Shown here: one piece after another, positions 57,389-64,000 of the stretch | How the letters are laid out: every line of letters starts with the position of its first letter | Numbering within the stretch: the stretch's first letter is position 1 | Source of the DNA: an uncultured Ignavibacteria bacterium | GTDB lineage: Bacteria > Zixibacteria > MSB-5A5 > JAABVY01 | Assembly (NCBI GenBank): GCA_964627935.1 | Contig: CAZVLB010000004.1 | Coordinates: 153,842-217,841 of the forward strand | Direction of reading: 5' to 3' | Length of the DNA: 64,000 bases | Position numbers and translations under genes: made by a program | Notes under the pieces: model-generated | Seen by the model: only the letters and a program-made list of their open reading frames with translations | Told to the model about the DNA's origin: nothing | Databases searched by the model: none

Positions 57389-59409
57389 TGAGTCGGCTTA
57401 CCATAAAATTCATGGTTATTTTGATGGCCCTTGCATTTTGCAATAAGGCATCATCAGATCCCGGATTGGACTCCCCATTCAGCATGGGGGCGGGCGCGAG
57501 AGAACTGGCCCTGAGCGGTTCATCATCGGCCGTTTGTGACCCGGTTTATGCGGCATACTGGAATCCTTCTGTCCTGGCGCGGGCTCAACAGTTCTCATTG
57601 ACCGCCTTTCACACAACCTTGTACGATCCGGATGTAACCTATCAATATTTCGGATTGACATATCCTACTCTGGACTATGGTAGCTTTGGTGTCGCTGTGC
57701 TTCGACTGGGCATAAATGGAATTGAGCAAAGGGATGCGAACAACCTGCTTCTGGGCAGCTTTGATGACAGCCGTATGGCGCTCAATGTGGCCTATGCAAG
57801 GAAATTCGCAGGTTATGATCTGGGCCTGGCAGTAACCTTAGAAAGACATTCACTCGAATCATACTCCGCCACATCCTCACCGGGTTTAAATCTGTCAATA
57901 AGCCGCAGGTTCAATTCGGGCATGCCCTGGCTGCCGCAGATAACGGCCGGCATAAACGCCAAAAACCTGATCCGGCCCAGCATTAAAATATTAAATGAGA
58001 ATATCAAATATCCCTATACATTTGACGCCTCTATGGCAGTGCGGTTGAATCCGATGCAGGATTGGAATCAAAATATTCTGCTTACCACCGGCATCGTCAA
58101 GGAGGATATGGTAGATCCGCATTTCACCGCCGGGCTGGAGTACGGTCTTTATGACCTGATTCATCTGCGCACATCGATTAACGGAGAACACCCCTCATTT
58201 GGTGTGGGGGTCAGTTATAAATCCATGAAATTCGATTATGCCTTAGTCGAGCGTGACCTCGGCAGCCTGCACATGTTTGGCATAACTACATCCCTGGGAG
58301 CATCAGTTGATGAGCGGCGAATTCAACGCGAGAACAGGCGTGAAGAACGGTTTAATGACCTGATGGCCAAAAGCCTGCAGGATAGAAATGTGTTAATAAT
58401 CTCTGATCTGTTCAGGCAGGCGGAAAACCGCATGATCGAGAATCAATACAATGAAGCGGCAGGTTTATATGAAAGAGGGCTATTTCTTGCACGAACCAGT
58501 GGCCTTGATTCATCAGAGATGTACCATAATGCGGTAGAGTCAAACAAGCTGCTAAATGAAATTATATTAAAGCAGTCATTCGAAGTGATGATGGATTCCG
58601 CCTTTGCAAATTATTCTGAGGGCAGGCTTTTGAAAGCACGCTACTATGCCGACCGCGCGCTGGAAAAAATTCCTGAATCGAGAGATGCAAACAACCTTCT
58701 GGCCGAGATTGAGACAAAGATCGATAAGACCACATCAACCGAATACCTGATAGAAAACCAGCTGGCCATGGCCGATTCATTGCTGCATTATGGAAAAATT
58801 GATCAGGCCATTACAGCTTTGCACAAGATTCAGTCTCATGCCGATAAGGATGGACGTATCTCTTCAGCTCTGAAAAGAGCGAGTTTCGAAAAATGGCGCA
58901 ATTCCGCGCAAAGTTTCTTTGAAAGCGGGAACTACCAGACTGCCGGGGACGCACTGGATTCAGCGGCAAGATTATACCCCGATCATCCCTGGTGCGCGGA
59001 TTTGAACCTGAAAATTAAGGCTCAAAGGGCCAGGCAGGCGGCATCGCCAAAAGTCTCTTCTATTGCCGGAAGCACGAATGACCTGGATGATGATCTTTTG
59101 CGTGAGGTCAAGGATTCCTATGAAAAAGGCAGAAATCTCTTTAAAGATGGTAAGCTTGAAGGCGCTATCAGCCAGTGGGAGAAAGTGGAAAAGCTGGCCC
59201 CGGGCTATCTGTCGGTAAGGGAATATCTGGTAAATGCCTACAAATATCTTGGTGTGGAATTATATGGCAAAAACAGGCTGGCTGATGCGGTTTCCATATG
59301 GAAAAAGGCCATTTCACTGGATCCATCAAACAATGAGATCGGCAGTTATTTAAGACGCACAGAAGCCGAAATGAACCGCTTGCAGGAGTTAACATATGAA
59401 ACCGAATAA
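57385..59409 (+). CDS. PorV/PorQ-like (FadL-superfamily) outer-membrane beta-barrel fused to C-terminal TPR repeats
   Basis: 674 aa with a signal peptide. N-terminal 'GARELALSGSSSAVCDPVYAAYWNPSVLA' matches the GAR…G…A…D…A.YWNPAGLA signature of PorV/PorQ/UPF0164 barrels. The C-terminal roughly 330 aa hold TPR-like helical repeats. Its start overlaps the giant adhesin stop (ATGATGA). Confidence 0.55.
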   Translation: MMSRLTIKFMVILMALAFCNKASSDPGLDSPFSMGAGARELALSGSSSAVCDPVYAAYWNPSVLARAQQFSLTAFHTTLYDPDVTYQYFGLTYPTLDYGSFGVAVLRLGINGIEQRDANNLLLGSFDDSRMALNVAYARKFAGYDLGLAVTLERHSLESYSATSSPGLNLSISRRFNSGMPWLPQITAGINAKNLIRPSIKILNENIKYPYTFDASMAVRLNPMQDWNQNILLTTGIVKEDMVDPHFTAGLEYGLYDLIHLRTSINGEHPSFGVGVSYKSMKFDYALVERDLGSLHMFGITTSLGASVDERRIQRENRREERFNDLMAKSLQDRNVLIISDLFRQAENRMIENQYNEAAGLYERGLFLARTSGLDSSEMYHNAVESNKLLNEIILKQSFEVMMDSAFANYSEGRLLKARYYADRALEKIPESRDANNLLAEIETKIDKTTSTEYLIENQLAMADSLLHYGKIDQAITALHKIQSHADKDGRISSALKRASFEKWRNSAQSFFESGNYQTAGDALDSAARLYPDHPWCADLNLKIKAQRARQAASPKVSSIAGSTNDLDDDLLREVKDSYEKGRNLFKDGKLEGAISQWEKVEKLAPGYLSVREYLVNAYKYLGVELYGKNRLADAVSIWKKAISLDPSNNEIGSYLRRTEAEMNRLQELTYETE

Positions 59410-61003
59410 AAGTGACTTTGGCAAAGGCTGGCCAAAGGCCTCGAATTTTAAACGCTCAATTCGGTTTGAAGTTACATTGTTCGTATCGGCCATTATTCTG
59501 GCGCTTATGCTGATTACCGGCTATGTCATGTCCGATCGCTATGTTGATACAGTAACCAGGGGCATCGCGGAAAAAATGCTCATACAGGCCAGGTCATACT
59601 CGGGTCCGGCCGGGAAGCTTATAATTTCAATGGATGGCCCGGATGCTTTGTTGTTGAATAACATTTGCAAGAAACTGGCAGCCGATAATGCGGATATCTA
59701 CTGGGCCGGAATCACCAATTCCGAAAGCGAATTTCTGGCACATACTGATCTGCAGAAAGTGATTTCATCAGAGCGAATGAAAGATATCCGGGCAAATCAC
59801 CTCGCAGAAATATTGCGCCCCGATGAAATTTTTAATCTCGGTGATGATACCCTGTATGTTTCTGTTCCCATTACGGAAAACGAGATTTTGCTTGGAAGAC
59901 TGCATGTCGCCGCTTCTACGTCATCAATCGAAAAGGCCCGAAAAGACTCGACGGTGACTGTGGCCTCAATAACTATCCTGATGATAATCTTCGGTCTGCC
60001 GCTTACTATGCTGGTCCTGCATGTCAGGCTCAAGCCGATTCGGACCATTACCAGCCACTTGAAAAATATCGATTTTGATCGAATCTCCCTCGACATCCCA
60101 TTGAAAAAGAAGGATGATTTCGGTTATCTGGCGGAAACCTTGAAAGTTATGGGAGTAAAGCTGCAGGCTGCCCAGCGTGAACAGATCGAAAAAGAGAGGA
60201 TCGCACGCGAACTTGAAATTGCCAGGGAGATTCAAAACAGCCTTCTTCCAAAGAGCAATCCCTCCGCGGCGGAGCTTGATTTCGCATGCGCCTACAGCAG
60301 CGCCAAAGAGGTTGGCGGCGACTATTACGATTTCATTGAATTTGACCCGGATCATCTGGGCATAATCGTGGCAGATGTCTCTGGTAAATCACTTCCGGGC
60401 ATGCTGGTCATGTTGATGACCAGAGATATTGTCAAGGCCGCTACTCACAGCTATGATAATCCCGGCAAAATACTGAGCGCCATTAACAGAAAACTGAAAG
60501 AGAATATCAGGCCGGGCATGTTCGTTACGATGTTTTTGGGGATCTTTGAAAAATCCACTTCGAAATTCATATTTGCATCAGCCGGACATAATCCTCTGGT
60601 ATGGTTTGATTCAGTGGCGAATGAATGCAGGCTCATAAAAACCAAAGGATATCCACTTGGGATGATGCCAGATAAGGTCTTCTTGGAGCGAATAGAATCA
60701 GATGAAATCAGGCTGTCTGCAAATGATTTGATTGTTCAATATACGGATGGAGTTAACGAGGCGCAAAATCCCGAGGGCGCTGAGTTCGGGTTGGACAGGT
60801 TTGTTGATTTGATTAAGGATCATGCCGCTTGCGATGTTAACAGCATAAGCGACCGTGTTCTCGATGGCCTGAACGAGTTTGTCAGAAATGCGGAGCAGTA
60901 TGACGATATAACACTCCTGGCCGTAAAATGGCTGGGATCTGCTGATATGGAATCCATGAAACACAGTGAAGAGGCGAAGATAATTGATGCTTACAATGAG
61001 TGA
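59396..61003 (+). CDS. membrane-bound HAMP-PP2C (SpoIIE/RsbU-like) serine phosphatase
   Basis: 535 aa. TM1, a roughly 150-aa periplasmic domain, TM2 ('ITILMIIFGLPLTMLVL'), then HAMP. The PP2C/SpoIIE domain has 'EIAREIQNSLLP', 'EVGGDYYDF', 'IIVADVSGKSLPG' and 'DGVNEA'. Confidence 0.8.
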   Translation: MKPNKSDFGKGWPKASNFKRSIRFEVTLFVSAIILALMLITGYVMSDRYVDTVTRGIAEKMLIQARSYSGPAGKLIISMDGPDALLLNNICKKLAADNADIYWAGITNSESEFLAHTDLQKVISSERMKDIRANHLAEILRPDEIFNLGDDTLYVSVPITENEILLGRLHVAASTSSIEKARKDSTVTVASITILMIIFGLPLTMLVLHVRLKPIRTITSHLKNIDFDRISLDIPLKKKDDFGYLAETLKVMGVKLQAAQREQIEKERIARELEIAREIQNSLLPKSNPSAAELDFACAYSSAKEVGGDYYDFIEFDPDHLGIIVADVSGKSLPGMLVMLMTRDIVKAATHSYDNPGKILSAINRKLKENIRPGMFVTMFLGIFEKSTSKFIFASAGHNPLVWFDSVANECRLIKTKGYPLGMMPDKVFLERIESDEIRLSANDLIVQYTDGVNEAQNPEGAEFGLDRFVDLIKDHAACDVNSISDRVLDGLNEFVRNAEQYDDITLLAVKWLGSADMESMKHSEEAKIIDAYNE

Positions 61004-61787
61004 TTCCAAATGCATTATTGTAATTCCAGAGTGTCTTGATCCGGATATTCTGGATACATTCTATAGCGATCTGGATCGTATTGCGAATTCGCAGATAAAG
61101 CAGATCAGAGTGGATTGCTCAAATATTACCGAGGTCTCGGGAAGAAACCTGGTAATTATCTGGCAACTTTATGATAGATTGCGTGCAGTGGGTGTCGATA
61201 TCGAATTTAAATCAGTTCCCCAAAAACTCGAGCATATTCTCAAGAGACATGTCTTCAATGGTTCCAACGCAAGGCATGTTTATGAAGCCGAGTCAACTCG
61301 GCAGCGGGAGGCGCTCGCGCCAGATAGTTCGCAGAAAATGATAGAATTGAGCTTCAGGCCGACCCGGGATGAAATCGATAATACAGTCAACCTGCTCAAG
61401 GATTTCCTGCATGATAAAAGAGTCATTGATCTCGAGGTTTTCGAGCTCATGACCGTATTTTATGAGGCCGCGACAAATATCCGCCTGCATGCAGATCTTA
61501 ATCCCGATTCCTGGATCGATTTCACAGCACTGGTCTCGGGGGAAAACGTCTTTATGCGAATAGAGGATCGTGGAATTGCATTTGACCCGACGTTGATGCT
61601 GAAAACATTTGATCCAACCCAGGCCATGAAAAGCCGGAAAAAGCGGGGGCTTGGTATCATATTGATGGCGAGGTTGGTAGATTCAATGACATATCTAAGA
61701 AGTATGGATGGAAAAAACATTCTGTATTTAAATAAATCTCTAACCAGGGGAGAGAAAAAATATGTTGTCGCATCAAGTTATAAATGA
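60984..61787 (+). CDS. STAS domain fused to RsbW-like anti-sigma-factor serine kinase (GHKL)
   Basis: 267 aa. The N-terminal roughly 95 aa are STAS-like ('IIVIPECLD…VDCSNITEVSGRNLVIIWQLYDRL'). The C-terminal roughly 150 aa are an HATPase_c_2/RsbW-like kinase ('ELMTVFYEAATNIRLHA', 'RIEDRGIAFDP', 'RGLGIILMARLVDS'). Confidence 0.55.
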   Translation: MMLTMSDSKCIIVIPECLDPDILDTFYSDLDRIANSQIKQIRVDCSNITEVSGRNLVIIWQLYDRLRAVGVDIEFKSVPQKLEHILKRHVFNGSNARHVYEAESTRQREALAPDSSQKMIELSFRPTRDEIDNTVNLLKDFLHDKRVIDLEVFELMTVFYEAATNIRLHADLNPDSWIDFTALVSGENVFMRIEDRGIAFDPTLMLKTFDPTQAMKSRKKRGLGIILMARLVDSMTYLRSMDGKNILYLNKSLTRGEKKYVVASSYK

Positions 61788-62106
61788 TGAGGCGGCCTTA
61801 ATCAACACCGGACGTGAACTTGATAATAATAATGCTCATGAAATGGTTGAATTGATTACGGAGCTTCAAAGTAAGCAATATAAGTATGTCTTTTTGGACT
61901 TTACCGAGCTGGAGTTTCTTTCTTCAGCCGGTGTCGGGTCTATTCTTGGCACAATCGAAATACTGAGAGAGGCCGGTGGAGATATTGTTATCTGCAATGC
62001 CTCGGAGAAGATTCTGCATATCCTGGATGTGCTCGATCTGACCGATTATCTTACTATCAAGAAATCTGTCGAAGAAGCCAGAAAAACATATGTAGATGCC
62101 AATTGA
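61762..62106 (+). CDS. STAS-domain anti-sigma-factor antagonist (RsbV/SpoIIAA-like)
   Basis: 114 aa. 'VFLDFTELEFLSSAGVGSILG' carries the canonical phosphorylatable Ser-containing loop of anti-anti-sigma factors. Confidence 0.75.
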   Translation: MLSHQVINDEAALINTGRELDNNNAHEMVELITELQSKQYKYVFLDFTELEFLSSAGVGSILGTIEILREAGGDIVICNASEKILHILDVLDLTDYLTIKKSVEEARKTYVDAN

Positions 62107-63757
62107 TCGGAAGTTTGAGATGGATACGTCCGCCAAAAGCAATATGATCATAAATACAAATCGACGGGAATTTGAAAAACAGCTAATGGCTCTTGATGCT
62201 CTTTCCAAGCTTACCGCGAAATTTTCAAAGAGCACCGATTTTGGGCACTTGATTCAGGTTCTGCTCTGGACACTATCCGGTCAATTCTCCATTGCAAACT
62301 CATTTGCCATTGTTAAAAGGCCAGGCGCGAGGGATGATAGCTTTTTATATCTTGGCACAGGCAAGCTGATGAATTCCAATGCACTAAAAGAATTTGAGCT
62401 TAGCCGGGAATACCAGGAGTATTTTGTTGATAATCAATCGATCAGAAACGTGTTTGAACTTGAGTTGCCAAGCCATCTGGCAGGCTTTGTCTTCATTGCA
62501 AGCGAATGCGGCCTGGAACTGATATGTCCACTGGTTAATAATAAACGCTTTTTAGGTGTAATCGGGCTGGGCAAGAAGGTAACCAAAGAAGCTATCGATA
62601 AGCAGGAAATCGAGCTTATCTCGACCCTCATACAAACTGTCACTCCATTCCTGGTTAACAGCTATTTATTCTGGGAAATGGCCACACTCAAAGCATGGTA
62701 TGTTGATATTCTGGACAGTATCAATCAGGGAATTTATGTCTTTGATGAGAACAACAAGCTGAAAAAGATGAACCTGGCGGGATTTGCGATTCTGAAGAGC
62801 ATGAAGCCGACTTTGCCGGATATCAATATGATGCAGGGCGCGCCACTGGAACTGATTTTTCCCGATGATATATTTTCGGGCTGGAACAAAAGATTGATGG
62901 CGCTGAAAAATAAAAATAAACGAGCCCTGATTGAAAATATGATCGCCAGAAGCGATGAAATCAAAAAGATATTTAATGTCCGCCTGAGTCTTTCCATAAA
63001 TGAATCCCAATCGTGCAAGGATATGATCATTACTCTGGATGATGTTACTCAGCAGAAGGAAAATGAGGAAATGATGTTCAATCTGGAGAAACTGGCCGAT
63101 AAGGGGTCCATGGCCTCCTCTATAGCGCATGAGCTGAATAACTTCCTGGGCATGATAATGGGTGGAGCTGAGATAACCGAGGTTGCTCTTAAAAGAGATC
63201 AATATGACAAGGCGGAAAATACACTGGAAAAGGTCAAGGACAATATCATGAATATGAAGAGATATACCGCCGGCCTGATGGACTATGAAAAGCTTAAACC
63301 CAGCAAAAGCATCGCTGACATCAACAAAATTATATCCGATGTGATTTCTTTTGTGTCTGTACAGAAAAAATATAGAAATCTAAAGATCAATTCAGAGTTC
63401 GATCGAAATATTATTAAATTTGAGATGGATAAGGACCAGATTGCCCAGGTGATATTGAACTTCATGAGTAATGCGGCCGATGCGATTGGGGAAGCCAACA
63501 GAACGGATGGTATAATCTCAATCCGAACAGAAGCGGATGCGGACAATGTTGTTTTGATTATCTCCGACAATGGCTGCGGTATGCCGGATGAAGTCAAATC
63601 CGAGCTCTTTGAAAATAGGCTCACAACAAAAGAGAGTGGACATGGTCATGGACTTCTGACGTGCGGAAAAATACTGAAATATCATAATGCAAACGTTGAG
63701 GTGGATTCAGCTCCCGGCAAAGGCACAATCTTTAAGATTACATTTACTATCCAGTGA
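62096..63757 (+). CDS. cytoplasmic GAF/PAS sensor histidine kinase
   Basis: 553 aa. GAF-like N-terminus, PAS, H-box 'SIAHELNNFLGMIMGG', and HATPase 'ISDNGCGMP…GHGHGLLTCGKIL…GKGTIFKITF'. No receiver domain. Confidence 0.8.
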   Translation: MPIDRKFEMDTSAKSNMIINTNRREFEKQLMALDALSKLTAKFSKSTDFGHLIQVLLWTLSGQFSIANSFAIVKRPGARDDSFLYLGTGKLMNSNALKEFELSREYQEYFVDNQSIRNVFELELPSHLAGFVFIASECGLELICPLVNNKRFLGVIGLGKKVTKEAIDKQEIELISTLIQTVTPFLVNSYLFWEMATLKAWYVDILDSINQGIYVFDENNKLKKMNLAGFAILKSMKPTLPDINMMQGAPLELIFPDDIFSGWNKRLMALKNKNKRALIENMIARSDEIKKIFNVRLSLSINESQSCKDMIITLDDVTQQKENEEMMFNLEKLADKGSMASSIAHELNNFLGMIMGGAEITEVALKRDQYDKAENTLEKVKDNIMNMKRYTAGLMDYEKLKPSKSIADINKIISDVISFVSVQKKYRNLKINSEFDRNIIKFEMDKDQIAQVILNFMSNAADAIGEANRTDGIISIRTEADADNVVLIISDNGCGMPDEVKSELFENRLTTKESGHGHGLLTCGKILKYHNANVEVDSAPGKGTIFKITFTIQ

Positions 63758-64000
63758 TTTGGCCTGAGAATACTTTTAAGACAAGCTTGTTTAAATCTAC
63801 CGGTTACTGCCCCCATTAGCATTTAAAACCGCTATTTCAAATGTCATTATCTCCTGCGACATGGCCTGGTCGACATAATTTCAGAGTTGAGTTCATGGAT
63901 TGCTTTTCAATAATTCTGATACTATCCGATAGGCATGGGCCACCGCCGGAAAACAGACGGTCATTGGTATGTCTGAATTCATGAGTTTTTCGGGATCGTC

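Noticed and set aside
1-64000. Mobile elements, integrases, CRISPR arrays, restriction-modification or toxin-antitoxin pairs
   Set aside because: I found no transposase/integrase-like ORFs, no direct-repeat/spacer arrays and no inverted terminal repeats. The only long repeats are the in-frame HYR coding repeats.

Overview
This is a 64-kb bacterial chromosomal segment of roughly 50% GC, densely coding on both strands, with about 40 genes. I found no rRNA, tRNA, CRISPR array or recognisable IS/transposase.

Four secreted proteins end in a T9SS-type C-terminal sorting domain (…YPNPFNP…K-C-term). That places the organism in the FCB superphylum (Bacteroidota, Fibrobacterota, Zixibacteria, KSB1, Ignavibacteria or similar). 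The window is accessory-like and rich in signal transduction and cell-surface proteins.

Main contents, in order:
- 62-5180: an HprK-related kinase, ATP-grasp, PhoU-kinase fusion, amphi-Trp-like and DDCH-motif protein cluster (GAK-like system).
- 5605-14482: several hybrid histidine kinases and a beta-lactamase-family serine hydrolase.
- 15038-20110: a 1694-aa HYR-repeat adhesin carrying a cohesin, a dockerin and a T9SS CTD, with near-identical 468-bp tandem repeats.
- 21640-24552: a dockerin-bearing 970-aa secreted protein.
- 27377-27985: a peroxiredoxin whose peroxidatic Cys codon is an in-frame UGA followed by a SECIS-like hairpin, i.e. a putative selenoprotein.
- 28286-32326: a multi-PAS hybrid sensor kinase interrupted by a single in-frame TAA.
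- 35245-39674: an RND efflux pair.
- 40949-42331: an FG-GAP T9SS protein.
- 42578-44323: an RCK K+ channel.
- 44633-48559: NifX-like protein, malic enzyme, and a sigma-54/V4R regulator.
- 48857-63757: a tightly overlapping operon. It holds a 2863-aa T9SS giant adhesin, a PorV-like/TPR outer-membrane protein, a membrane HAMP-PP2C phosphatase, a STAS-RsbW fusion, a STAS antagonist and a sensor histidine kinase.
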